Assembly (NCBI GenBank): GCA_043812955.1
Contig: JBDRLN010000012.1
Coordinates: 12,749 to 76,748, forward strand
Length of the DNA stretch: 64,000 nt
Direction: 5' to 3'
From: Candidatus Omnitrophota bacterium
Lineage (GTDB): Bacteria > Omnitrophota > Gorgyraeia > Gygaellales > Profunditerraquicolaceae
The notes below the pieces were generated by a model that worked only from the letters and a program-made list of their open reading frames with translations, searched no databases and was not told where the DNA came from. Both the position numbers and the translations under genes were made by a program. Shown here one piece after another: positions 1-9,048 of the stretch; position 1 is the stretch's first letter; the number at the start of each line of letters is the position of its first letter.

Positions 1-946
1 TTATGGATTTATTCTTATCCGGTATAATTAAGTCCGGGTCAAATTCCAGTTTTATTCCCAAGCCATTGCAAGAAGGACAGGCGCCGAATGGAGAATTAAA
101 TGAAAACAAACGAGGCTCAACCTCCGGTATATCAATACCGCATTTTGCGCAGGAATACTGTTCGCTGAAAATATAGTCCATAGTCGACAGTTTAGGGTTT
201 GTAGGTCTTCCCCGGATATTGGCTGCCGTCTTTGGGCCATTGACTATAACTACACCTTTGCCGGTTTTAAGTGCGGTCTCCACTGAATCAGTAAGCCGTT
301 TTTTTACCTCCGGTTTAATAATAAGCCTATCCACTACTACTTCTATATTATGTATATTATATTTCTCTAGTTTTATCTTTTGAGAGAGTTCATATAAATG
401 TCCGTCAACCCGGCAGCGCGCAAATCCGGATTTCTGGATCTGGATTAAGATATCTTTATACTCGCCCTTTCTTCCTTTAACTACAGGGGCTAATATCTGT
501 ATAGCCTCACCGGAAAAGTAAGACAAAATTCTTTCCACTATCTCCTGGGAGCTCTGCCTTTCAATTGGCTGTTGGCATTTATAACAATTAACCCGTCCGA
601 TCCTGGCAAATAAAAGCCTGAGGTAATCATAAATCTCAGTTTGAGTGCCTACGGTAGAACGGGGGTTGCCTCCGGCGCTTCTTTGTTCGATAGAAATAGC
701 CGGAGATAAACCTTCAATATACTCCACATCCGGTTTTTGCAGTTGCTCTAAAAACTGACGGGCGTAACTAGAGAGGCTTTCCACGTATCTACGCTGGCCT
801 TCGGCATAAATAGTATCAAAGGCCAGGCTGGATTTTCCCGAACCGGACAACCCGGTAACCACGATCAATTTATTTCTAGGCAAAGCCAGGTCGATATTCT
901 TTAAATTATGCTCCTTGGCCCCTTTAATTATAATATATCCGTCCAT
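1..946 (-). CDS. uvrA: Excinuclease ABC subunit A, N-terminal part (runs off window)
   Basis: Manual translation from ATG at 946: [59 protein letters not shown], the classic UvrA N-terminus. Confidence 0.97.
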   Translation of the reverse strand, partial: MDGYIIIKGAKEHNLKNIDLALPRNKLIVVTGLSGSGKSSLAFDTIYAEGQRRYVESLSSYARQFLEQLQKPDVEYIEGLSPAISIEQRSAGGNPRSTVGTQTEIYDYLRLLFARIGRVNCYKCQQPIERQSSQEIVERILSYFSGEAIQILAPVVKGRKGEYKDILIQIQKSGFARCRVDGHLYELSQKIKLEKYNIHNIEVVVDRLIIKPEVKKRLTDSVETALKTGKGVVIVNGPKTAANIRGRPTNPKLSTMDYIFSEQYSCAKCGIDIPEVEPRLFSFNSPFGACPSCNGLGIKLEFDPDLIIPDKNKSI

Positions 947-963
947 TGCTTTATACTAATAAA

Positions 964-1016
964 AACCCCGCCCTTTTGGCGTGATTGAAAAAATAAATTA
1001 CCAAAAGGGCGGGGTT
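964..1016. terminator. GC-rich hairpin, probable terminator
   Basis: 16-bp perfect arms AACCCCGCCCTTTTGG / CCAAAAGGGCGGGGTT just downstream of the small basic gene. Confidence 0.6.
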
Positions 1017-1022
1017 AACTCT

Positions 1023-1265
1023 TTACTTCTTTTTCTTCTTTTTGCCGCCTCTTACCATTTTAGCGCAAGAGATATCACCCTGTTTGTCCACAAAATAGAG
1101 ATAACCCGCTTCTCTTTTGATGCCGCATTTTGCGACTTTCTTGGGCTTTCCTCCCTTATCTTTGCCCCTCGCCATCTTAGCGCAAGAGACATCACCCTGT
1201 TTGTCTACATAGTAGAGTAAGCCTTTCTGTCTCTTTATACCTACTTTGACTAATTTTTTGGCCAT
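1023..1265 (-). CDS. Small basic protein, tandem duplication of a CC1-like chromatin domain
   Basis: Two ~32-aa repeats (GIKRxxGxLYxVDKQGDxSCAKMxRG), poly-Lys tail, strong SD (AAGGAGGTGA). Confidence 0.8.
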   Translation of the reverse strand: MAKKLVKVGIKRQKGLLYYVDKQGDVSCAKMARGKDKGGKPKKVAKCGIKREAGYLYFVDKQGDISCAKMVRGGKKKKKK

Positions 1266-1292
1266 TTTTTTAATTCACCTCCTTTCCTTTAG

Positions 1293-1652
1293 TTAACTTT
1301 TGTTTAAAACTCCCCTTATTGTTTCCAGTATTTTTTCTTTGGTAAATGGTTTAACTACAAAATCTATGGCCCCGATTTCGAAGGCCTCTTTTTTTAACCC
1401 TGCCAATGCCGATACGATAATTATTTTAACGCTGGGATTAATATCTAACATTTCTTCCAAAACCCTAAGGCCATTCCTCCCGGGCATAGATATATCCAAT
1501 AAAACCAAATCCGGCATTAACCCATTAAATTTTTCCAATGCCTCATCCGCATTACTAGCTGTCCCTATAACCGTAAATTCGGTTGAGATAGAATCAGTTA
1601 ATACCCGCTGCATAAAAACACTGTCTTCCACTATTAAAACCCTATGTTCCAT
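1293..1652 (-). CDS. Single-domain response regulator (CheY-like)
   Basis: VLIVEDS, LLDISMP and VKPF receiver motifs. Confidence 0.9.
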   Translation of the reverse strand: MEHRVLIVEDSVFMQRVLTDSISTEFTVIGTASNADEALEKFNGLMPDLVLLDISMPGRNGLRVLEEMLDINPSVKIIIVSALAGLKKEAFEIGAIDFVVKPFTKEKILETIRGVLNKS

Positions 1653-1663
1653 ATCTCACCTCC

Positions 1664-2485
1664 CTAGGTTCCAATTCTAACTGGTTCAAAAATTTGACCC
1701 AGAACCGCCACGGCTGATAAAAAAGCCAGATAGCTGGTTTTGGGGTTATCCGGATGCAATACATTCTCAGTCCGGCAGGAAATTTTGCCTCCATTTGAAT
1801 CAACGGTTATCTGATGTATATTCCTTTTAGTCCCGGGCGAGGCGATTATATTAACTCTTGTGTTAACCTCTCCTATGCCGGCTAGGCTTAATATGGCGGC
1901 AACATTAATATTCTGAGGAAAAAACTTTACCGCTTCTTTAGCGCTGCCTGAGAAAATAAGAGTATCTTTTTTGATCTTGCTTAAATTTATCTTTTTATCT
2001 TCAATATATTTGACTCCTTTAAAAGAAACCGGATTTTTAATCGTAGTCAGGGTAACCCTGTTTATTCCGGAGATACCGGCTGCCTTTAACGCGTCTATTC
2101 CCGAGATAGCTCCACTGGGGATATAAACTTTGGCTTTATTTGTTTTAGCCAGAGCGGATAATTCTTTAAAATTGTTAATTATTCCTCCCACGCTCATAAC
2201 CAACACATCTTTCCTGCTCTTTAAAGCCTCCCTGGAAATTTCCCAGGAGGATTTAGCTGAGGCTGATTCAATGACCAATTTTGAGCGAATGATTAACTGC
2301 TTTAAGGTTTTGGTAATTAAACCATTATCCCTTAGGGCCTGGGCTAACTTTTGGGATTTTTGCGAGTCGATATCAAAAAGGGCGGATAAAACAGCCTGGC
2401 CAGTAAAATTTTTCTTGATCTCTTTGGCTAAAGATGCGCCTATCGCCCCGCACCCCACTATTCCAATCTTCAATTTTGTGCCCAT
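1664..2485 (-). CDS. nadX: L-aspartate dehydrogenase
   Basis: GCGAIG Rossmann motif, SGAISGID, FPQNINVAA, NPKTSYLA. Confidence 0.92.
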   Translation of the reverse strand: MGTKLKIGIVGCGAIGASLAKEIKKNFTGQAVLSALFDIDSQKSQKLAQALRDNGLITKTLKQLIIRSKLVIESASAKSSWEISREALKSRKDVLVMSVGGIINNFKELSALAKTNKAKVYIPSGAISGIDALKAAGISGINRVTLTTIKNPVSFKGVKYIEDKKINLSKIKKDTLIFSGSAKEAVKFFPQNINVAAILSLAGIGEVNTRVNIIASPGTKRNIHQITVDSNGGKISCRTENVLHPDNPKTSYLAFLSAVAVLGQIFEPVRIGT

Positions 2486-2504
2486 TTTCTTTCTCTACCT
2501 ATCG

Positions 2505-2565
2505 AAATGGGGTCAGAATTATTTTTTATTTATTTTACTAGTAAAAAATAATTCTGACCCCATTT
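2505..2565. repeat. Long palindrome (GGGGTC-tagged REP/REPIN-like)
   Basis: 24-bp perfect arms AAATGGGGTCAGAATTATTTTTTA with a 13-nt loop. Confidence 0.8.
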
Positions 2566-2595
2566 ATCTATTCCTTTACCTTCTATTATTGTAGG

Positions 2596-3444
2596 TTATC
2601 CAATCTTTACTATAATGTTATCAATCAACCTAGTTTTTCCTACAAATGCAGCCAAAGCTATCAATACCTTCCCCTTTAATGCTTTTATTGGTTTTAAATC
2701 TTTTAAATCTACAATAGAAATATACTGCGGACAGATAGTTTTGCTTTGTTTCAATAATTTACGGATTTTATTTATCGCTAAGGCGGAATTACGCTCTCCC
2801 TGCTTAATTAAACACCGGGCTAATTTTAACCCTTGATATAACAAAACTGCCTCTTTTCTCTCCTGTGGGTTTAGATAGATATTGCGCGAACTCATAGCCA
2901 GGCCATCCCGCTCCCGCTTGGTCGGCATAACCTTAACCCTAACCGGGATATTTAAATCTCTCACCATCTTATTTATGGCCAAGGCCTGCTGGCAGTCTTT
3001 TTGGCCAAAATAAGCGCTATCCGGGTGGATTAAATTGAATAACTTGTTTACAACCGTAGCTACTCCCTTAAAATGTCCTGGCCTGAATACCCCGCAAAGT
3101 GAATCAGTTAAACCCAGTACATTAACAAAAGTATTAAAACCATCAGGGTACATATTCTTTAATGACGGAAGGAAAATAAAATCAACCCCCTCTTTTTTGC
3201 ATATTGCTATATCTTTACCAATTGGCCGCGGGTATTGGTTTAAATCTTCCCTAGGCCCGAACTGAATAGGATTGACAAAAATACTGACTATAACTTCCGA
3301 ATTATCTTTACCGGCCTTACGGATCAAGCTAAGATGCCCAGCATGCATTGCCCCCATTGTGGGGACAAAACCAATGGTCCTGCCGCTTTTTTTTAGCTTA
3401 CTGGTTATTTTTTGAATTTCCCGGCTGCTACGGATAATTTTCAT
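2596..3444 (-). CDS. panC: Pantoate--beta-alanine ligase
   Basis: PTMGAMHAGH, FGQKD, LAMSSRN, TRLIDN. Confidence 0.97.
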   Translation of the reverse strand: MKIIRSSREIQKITSKLKKSGRTIGFVPTMGAMHAGHLSLIRKAGKDNSEVIVSIFVNPIQFGPREDLNQYPRPIGKDIAICKKEGVDFIFLPSLKNMYPDGFNTFVNVLGLTDSLCGVFRPGHFKGVATVVNKLFNLIHPDSAYFGQKDCQQALAINKMVRDLNIPVRVKVMPTKRERDGLAMSSRNIYLNPQERKEAVLLYQGLKLARCLIKQGERNSALAINKIRKLLKQSKTICPQYISIVDLKDLKPIKALKGKVLIALAAFVGKTRLIDNIIVKIG

Positions 3445-3974
3445 TTATTCCGGCGTTTCATTTTTTTAATTTTTTCTCTACCCCTACCGCTACCTTTACC
3501 TTTACCAATACCTATACCTTTTCTTCCTTTTTTAATATCATTTTTACTTTTGGCAATCAATTTCTTAACAACCCCGGGAGCAATTTCTTTAAACGGCTCT
3601 AAAACAAAATTACGCTCGCAGATCCTTGGATGCGGCAGGCACAGCCCTTCCTCTTTAATACAAATATCCGAATAGGTCAAAATATCCAGATCAATGGTCC
3701 GCGGGGCATTAGGAATAGTGCGCACCCGGCCTAATAAAGATTCTATTTTTTGCAATTCTTGCAACAATTGATAAGGCAGAAGCTCGGTCTCAATCTCAAC
3801 CACTGCATTCAAATATTTCCCTTGCGGCGGACCGCCTTGAGGCTTAGTTTCAATTACCGACGAAATTTTAACTACCCGGGTAGAGGACAAAACCTTGATT
3901 TTTTTTATAGCGATATTGATATAGAATTGTCTTTCGCCCAGATTAGATCCGATAGCGATAAAACTAGTTACCAT
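3441..3974 (-). CDS. folK: HPPK (dihydropterin pyrophosphokinase) with repeat-derived G/K-rich tail
   Basis: IGSNLG, YLNAV, PRTIDLDIL, LPHPR; tail GKGIGIGKGKGSGRG-like from hexamer array at about 3476-3520. Confidence 0.95.
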   Translation of the reverse strand: MVTSFIAIGSNLGERQFYINIAIKKIKVLSSTRVVKISSVIETKPQGGPPQGKYLNAVVEIETELLPYQLLQELQKIESLLGRVRTIPNAPRTIDLDILTYSDICIKEEGLCLPHPRICERNFVLEPFKEIAPGVVKKLIAKSKNDIKKGRKGIGIGKGKGSGRGREKIKKMKRRNK

Positions 3975-5140
3975 ATTTTCTTAAGCCTAATAAGCGCCTC
4001 TGCTATTCTTTCTTTAGGAACAGTAAGTGCAAACCTGATGTAGCCTTCGCCGTATTTACCAAAACCAACTCCGGGCGTAGCTACTATATCAGCCTTGGCC
4101 AGCAATTCCCGGCTAAAATCAATCGAACATATTTTCTTAGGTATCCTGGACCAGACATAAAAGGTTGCTTTGGGCTTTTTAATATCCCAACCTAAAGAAT
4201 TCAATCCCTCTACCAGGCTGTCGCGTCTATTTTGGTAAATTTCCGACATTTTCTTAATCTGTCCGACTGATCCTTCCAGGGCCGCAACTGCGGCAACTTG
4301 AAGAGCGGAAAATATCCCAGAATCAATATTAGACTTAACCTTAGCTAAAGCAGCAACTAAATCCTTGTTCCCGCAGGCCCAGCCCACCCGCCAGCCAGTC
4401 ATATTGCAGGTCTTGGATAATGAATGAAATTCAATGCCTACTTCCTTTGCCCCGTCAACCTCCAGAAAACTTGGAGGCTTAAATCCATCATATGACATTT
4501 CAGAATAAGCCAAATCAGAAACCACGATAAGCTTGTTCTTCCGGGCGAATTTAACGATACTCTTATAAAAATTAATATCGCAGACCGCGCCGGTAGGATT
4601 ATTAGGGTAATTAATATAGATCACTCTGGCTTTTTTAAGCACGCCTGCCGGAATTGCTTTGAGGTCAATCAAAAAATCATTCTTTTCTAATAAAGGCATT
4701 AAGTGGACCTTGCCCCCGGCAAAAATAGTTCCCCCTTTATAAGGAGGGTAACACGGATCAGGCACCAGAGTATAATCTCCCGGATTTATAATCCCTAAGG
4801 GAAAATGAGCAATACCTTCTTTTGAGCCGATTAAAGGAAGTATCTCAGTATTGATATCCAGCGTGACATTAAACCGGGAATTATACCATTGGGAAATTGC
4901 CTGGCGGAACACCGGCAGGCCCTGATCCAAGGCATAACGATGATTAGCTGGCTCAAGTGCTGCCCTATCTAAAGCCTGAATAATATAATCCGGCGTAGGT
5001 AAATCCGGGTCTCCGATGCCTAAGTCTATGATATCCCTTCCTTCAGAGCGGGCCAGGCGCTTAGCCTTATCTAACTCCAGGAATAAATAAGGCGGCAATG
5101 CCTGCAACCTTTTGGACAAAACAAAGGTGTTCTCTTTCAT
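3968..5140 (-). CDS. dapL: LL-diaminopimelate aminotransferase
   Basis: PPYLF, GSKEGIAH, SLSKTCNMTGWRVG class I aminotransferase motifs; located in the dap operon. Confidence 0.85.
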   Translation of the reverse strand: MKENTFVLSKRLQALPPYLFLELDKAKRLARSEGRDIIDLGIGDPDLPTPDYIIQALDRAALEPANHRYALDQGLPVFRQAISQWYNSRFNVTLDINTEILPLIGSKEGIAHFPLGIINPGDYTLVPDPCYPPYKGGTIFAGGKVHLMPLLEKNDFLIDLKAIPAGVLKKARVIYINYPNNPTGAVCDINFYKSIVKFARKNKLIVVSDLAYSEMSYDGFKPPSFLEVDGAKEVGIEFHSLSKTCNMTGWRVGWACGNKDLVAALAKVKSNIDSGIFSALQVAAVAALEGSVGQIKKMSEIYQNRRDSLVEGLNSLGWDIKKPKATFYVWSRIPKKICSIDFSRELLAKADIVATPGVGFGKYGEGYIRFALTVPKERIAEALIRLKKIW

Positions 5141-5159
5141 TGATATTTTCCCTCTAATC

Positions 5160-5180
5160 CCTGCCTGTCTGGCAGGCAGG
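5160..5180. repeat. CCTGCCT-N-GGCAGGCAGG palindrome family, copy 1
   Basis: CCTGCCTGTCTGGCAGGCAGG; other copies at 17745, 25486, 43467, 63142. Confidence 0.85.
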
Positions 5181-5189
5181 CGGCAGCAA

Positions 5190-5238
5190 ACCTACCTACT
5201 ACCTAACCCCTATCTGCTATATGCTACCTGCTACCTAC
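5190..5238. repeat. Degenerate heptamer tandem array (CTACCTR-like)
   Basis: ctaccta ctaccta ... ctatctg ctatatg ctacctg ctaccta, abutting the dapB stop. Confidence 0.7.
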
Positions 5239-5948
5239 TGCCTTAATACATCCTGCATTGAATAAATCCCTGCGGGCTTATCAATAACCCATCTAGCTGC
5301 TTTCAACGCCCCTAAGGCAAAAAGATCGCGGGAATGAGCCTGATGCTTAATTTCTATGCGCTCAGAATTTCCGCAGAAAATAATTGTATGGTCGCCGACT
5401 ATATCACCTAATCTAACCGAATGAACCGGTATTTCTTTCCCGGTAGATTCAACTAATACCTGATGGAACTTTTTAGCTGTTCCTGAAGGCGCGTCTTTTT
5501 TAGCCTTATGGTGAGCCTCCACTATTTCAATGGCGTACTCCGGACCCAGCCTTTTAGCAATCTCAGGAAGCAGGCTGAATAAAACATTTACCCCCACCGC
5601 CATATTCGGCGAAAATACTACCGGAACAATCTTAGAGATCTCCTGAATTTTATTGATCTCCTGGTCATTAAAACCAGTAGTGCCCAGGACTAAGGCCTTT
5701 TTATAACGGGCTACGTAATCCAGATTAACAACGCTTGCCTCAGGCATGGTAAAATCCACAAATACATCCACTAAAAATAACCCGTCGGGTGAGGATGATA
5801 TTTTAATCTTACCCAGTTCCTTTCCGATTTCCGGTATACCCTTGCGCTCCAGGGCCAAGGTTATTTCAAAATCCTTGTTATTTCTCGCCAGGCTAAAAAT
5901 ACGTTTTCCCATTTTTCCGCACACACCGGCAATTCCTAATTTAATCAT
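5235..5948 (-). CDS. dapB: 4-hydroxy-tetrahydrodipicolinate reductase
   Basis: EAHHKAKKDAPSGTA, GTTG, R-G--VGDH motifs. Confidence 0.97.
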   Translation of the reverse strand: MIKLGIAGVCGKMGKRIFSLARNNKDFEITLALERKGIPEIGKELGKIKISSSPDGLFLVDVFVDFTMPEASVVNLDYVARYKKALVLGTTGFNDQEINKIQEISKIVPVVFSPNMAVGVNVLFSLLPEIAKRLGPEYAIEIVEAHHKAKKDAPSGTAKKFHQVLVESTGKEIPVHSVRLGDIVGDHTIIFCGNSERIEIKHQAHSRDLFALGALKAARWVIDKPAGIYSMQDVLRQ

Positions 5949-5994
5949 TTATTTCTCCCGAATTGATAAACAATAATATTATGTTTATATTACT

Positions 5995-6060
5995 AGGTAC
6001 AGGTATAGGAAAAGGTAAAGAAAAACTTTTCATTCTATACCTATACCTTTACCTCTACCT
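5995..6060. repeat. Inverted hexamer arrays (GGTAWA ... TWTACC)
   Basis: ggtaca ggtata ggaaaa ggtaaa ... tatacc tatacc tttacc tctacc. Confidence 0.7.
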
Positions 6061-6066
6061 TCTCTA

Positions 6067-6981
6067 TTAATTTTTCAGTAGCCCGTAATCCTTTAAGGCC
6101 TGAGTTAATTTCTCTAAATTTTCCGGCAACATTTTACTCATCGGAAGCCTTAAATCAGGCTCGCACATACCCAATAACCCCATAGCGGTTTTAACCGGTA
6201 TCGGATTAGTCTCGATAAACATAGCCTTGATCAAAGGCAATAACCTATAATGGATCTCTTGGGCTTTTTTAATACTGCCTTTTTCAAATTCACTAACCAT
6301 CTGGGCTACATCTTTGGGGACAATATTGGCCACAACCGAAATAACCCCCGTTCCCCCTATTGCTAAAATAGGCAGGGTTAAACTGTCGTCTCCGGAAATC
6401 AAATCAAAATCTTTCCCACAGAGCGACTTAATCCTAGACATCTGGTCCAGGCTCCCGGAGGCTTCTTTCACTGCTTTTATATTCTGGCAATCTTTAGCCA
6501 ATCTGGCTATAGTCTCAGGCTCAATATTAACTCCTGTACGAGAAGCAATATTATAAAGAATTATCGGTATATCTACTGATTCGGCAATGGCTTTAAAATG
6601 TTCATAGAGCCCTTTTTGCGTAGGCCGGTTGTAATATGGCGATACCTGCAAAGAAGCGTCTGCCCCAGAAAGGGCAGCATGTTTAGTCAACATTATAGCC
6701 TCGGCAGTTGAATTTGAGCCGGTACCGGCAATAACCGGGACTCTTTTATTCGCCTGTTCAATAGCAATTTTAATAACCTGCTCATGCTCATCGAAAGTAA
6801 GGGTAGCCGATTCTCCGGTTGTGCCGCAGGGGACAATCCCGGAAACACCATTTTTGATCTGGAATTCAATAAGGTCCCTGAATTTTTTTTCATCAACCAC
6901 AAGTTTTCCGCCGGAGGCGGATCCGCCGCGATTTGTGGCGGAAAAAGGCGTTACTATTGCGGTAATCGAGCCTTTAAACAT
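6067..6981 (-). CDS. dapA: 4-hydroxy-tetrahydrodipicolinate synthase with in-frame palindrome insertion
   Basis: GTTGES, YNIASRTG, KEASG, SGDD; extra SATNRGGSASGG after IVTPF. Confidence 0.97.
   Translation of the reverse strand: MFKGSITAIVTPFSATNRGGSASGGKLVVDEKKFRDLIEFQIKNGVSGIVPCGTTGESATLTFDEHEQVIKIAIEQANKRVPVIAGTGSNSTAEAIMLTKHAALSGADASLQVSPYYNRPTQKGLYEHFKAIAESVDIPIILYNIASRTGVNIEPETIARLAKDCQNIKAVKEASGSLDQMSRIKSLCGKDFDLISGDDSLTLPILAIGGTGVISVVANIVPKDVAQMVSEFEKGSIKKAQEIHYRLLPLIKAMFIETNPIPVKTAMGLLGMCEPDLRLPMSKMLPENLEKLTQALKDYGLLKN
6904..6945. repeat. CCGCC/GGCGG double-hairpin element inside dapA
   Basis: TTTTCCGCCGGAGGCGGATCCGCCGCGATTTGTGGCGGAAAA. Confidence 0.75.
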
Positions 6982-7800
6982 AGTATACCCCCTTATAAAC
7001 TATACTGGCCTTTCCCTCCAGCCAGACATCCTTAAAATTGTCCCCTTCTTTCATATAATAAACCTTTAAGACTTCACCGCCTTTAGTATGTACATTGATC
7101 TTGCGATAACCGCTAACCCCTAACCGATAACCGGTAATTAAGGCGGAGGCTGCCGAGCCGGTGCCACAGGCCAAAGTCTCATCCTCAACGCCTCTTTCAT
7201 AAGTCCTGATCTTTAGGGAATTATCATTTACTATCTCTACAAAATTAACATTGGTCCCGGCAGGTGAAAATTGCAAATCATTTCGGATAAGCCTTCCTAA
7301 ATTAAATACGTCAATTTTATCCAAGCCTTCCACAAAAATAACAGCCTGGGGCACACCGGTATTTATAAAATTAATTTTAAGCTTCCTGCTATTTACCTTG
7401 ATAGGAATATCCAATCTAAAATCCTTAGGCTCAGTTAATTTTATTCTCACGCTATCTTTATTTACTACCGACTCGATTATCCCGGCTTTAGTTTGAATTA
7501 TTATCTTTTGCCGTGGGCTATGCCTGCCTGCCGCCTGCCGGCTAAAATACAATGCTGCGCAGCGAGCGCCATTTCCGCACATTTCAGCTTCCGAACCATC
7601 AGCATTAAAAATCCTCATTCTTACATCCCGGCCTTTTGATTTTTCCAAAATCAACAGACCGTCAGCCCCGATACCATATTTCCTGTCGCAGACTTCTCTG
7701 GCCAAAGCTTTGAAATTTTTGACTTTTGACTTTTGACTTCGATAACGACAAAGTCGTTACCGGATGCCACTATTTTAGTAAATTCTAATTTTTCCTTCAT
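6974..7800 (-). pseudogene. dapF: Diaminopimelate epimerase, frameshifted at a heptamer tandem repeat (phase-variable or assembly collapse)
   Basis: ATG at 7800 gives MKEKLEFTKIVASGNDFVVI; body (GIGADG, MCGNG, ERGVEDETLACGTG) is in another frame after (TTTTGAC)3 at 7717-7737. Confidence 0.88.
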
Positions 7801-9047
7801 ATAATTTCCTTCATTATCAGATCCTGATAAGTATCTCTTCTTCTTATAACCCTAGATTTGTTTTTCCTGACCATTACTTCCGCAGCCTTCCGGCGGGAAT
7901 TATAGTTACTGGACATGCTAAAACCGTAAGCCCCGGCGCTCATTACCGCCAAGTAATCCCCGGCTTTTACACAAGGCAAAAGCCTGTCTTTGGCCAAGAA
8001 ATCACCGCTTTCACATATCGGCCCTACCACATCAACTTTTTCAACTTTACCTATACCTTTACCTATACCTTCCACTGGTAATATATTATGGTAGGCCTCA
8101 TATAGCGCTGGACGAATTAAATCATTCATCCCGGCATCAACTATGATAAATTTTTTTACCGGGGTGCCTTTAATATATAAAACTTTAGTAACTAGTATCC
8201 CGGCATTTCCAACAATAAACCTGCCCGGCTCAAAAATTATCTTCAGATTAATTTTCTTTAAAATGGGCAAAACCTTTGCGGCGAATTCCTGGGCCGTCTG
8301 AGGGGTCTCTTGATCATAAATAATCCCTAATCCTCCGCCCATATTCAAGAATTCTAACTTTACCCCGTTTCTTTGCAGGGCACTAATAAATGAAATAACC
8401 TTTTTTAAGGCTTGGACAAAAGGAGCTCCTTTAGTTATCTGCGAACCTATGTGCATATGTAAACCGCAGATATTTATATTTAAAAGTTTGCGCCTAAGCG
8501 ATAAAATCTTAGTGGCGTTATTTAAATCAATACCGAATTTATTGGTTATCTTGCCGGTGGTGATAAAATGATGCGTATTGGCCTCAACATCAGGATTAAT
8601 CCTAATCGCGACCTTGGTAATTTTATTTAATTTTTTAGCCACCCGGTTAATATTCTCCAGTTCAGGCAAAGATTCAACATTAAAAAGTAAAATTCCTTTT
8701 TTTATCGCTTCTTCAATTTCTCTGTCGGTTTTGCCTACCGAGGCGTATACTATTCTCTCCGGCGGGCATTTGGCCTTAAGCGCCCGGAACAGCTCTCCGC
8801 CGGAAACAATATCCAACCCGGCCCCTTTATCTACTAAGGCTTTTAATATAGCTAAATTTGAATTTGCTTTTACCGAATAGCAGATAATAGGCTTAATTTC
8901 CCGAAAAGCAGTTTTTAATTTTAAGAAATGGTCGATAAGAGTTTTATAGCTATAAACATAAAGCGGGGTGCCAAACTTTTCAGCCAAGTCCTTAACGTTT
9001 ACATTCTCGCAAAACAGTTTATTTTCTTGGTATTTAAATTCGTGCAT
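7797..9047 (-). CDS. lysA: Diaminopimelate decarboxylase
   Basis: YSVKAN, HIGSQI, EPGR, GPICESGD, SNYN. Confidence 0.97.
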   Translation of the reverse strand: MHEFKYQENKLFCENVNVKDLAEKFGTPLYVYSYKTLIDHFLKLKTAFREIKPIICYSVKANSNLAILKALVDKGAGLDIVSGGELFRALKAKCPPERIVYASVGKTDREIEEAIKKGILLFNVESLPELENINRVAKKLNKITKVAIRINPDVEANTHHFITTGKITNKFGIDLNNATKILSLRRKLLNINICGLHMHIGSQITKGAPFVQALKKVISFISALQRNGVKLEFLNMGGGLGIIYDQETPQTAQEFAAKVLPILKKINLKIIFEPGRFIVGNAGILVTKVLYIKGTPVKKFIIVDAGMNDLIRPALYEAYHNILPVEGIGKGIGKVEKVDVVGPICESGDFLAKDRLLPCVKAGDYLAVMSAGAYGFSMSSNYNSRRKAAEVMVRKNKSRVIRRRDTYQDLIMKEII

Positions 9048-9048
9048 A

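Noticed and set aside
52-240. 62-aa minus-strand ORF
   Set aside because: Out-of-frame overlap within uvrA
6974-7705. dapF as an intact 243-aa gene starting at TTG 7705
   Set aside because: It lacks the conserved F-K--G-GNDF-type N-terminus, which lies upstream in another frame
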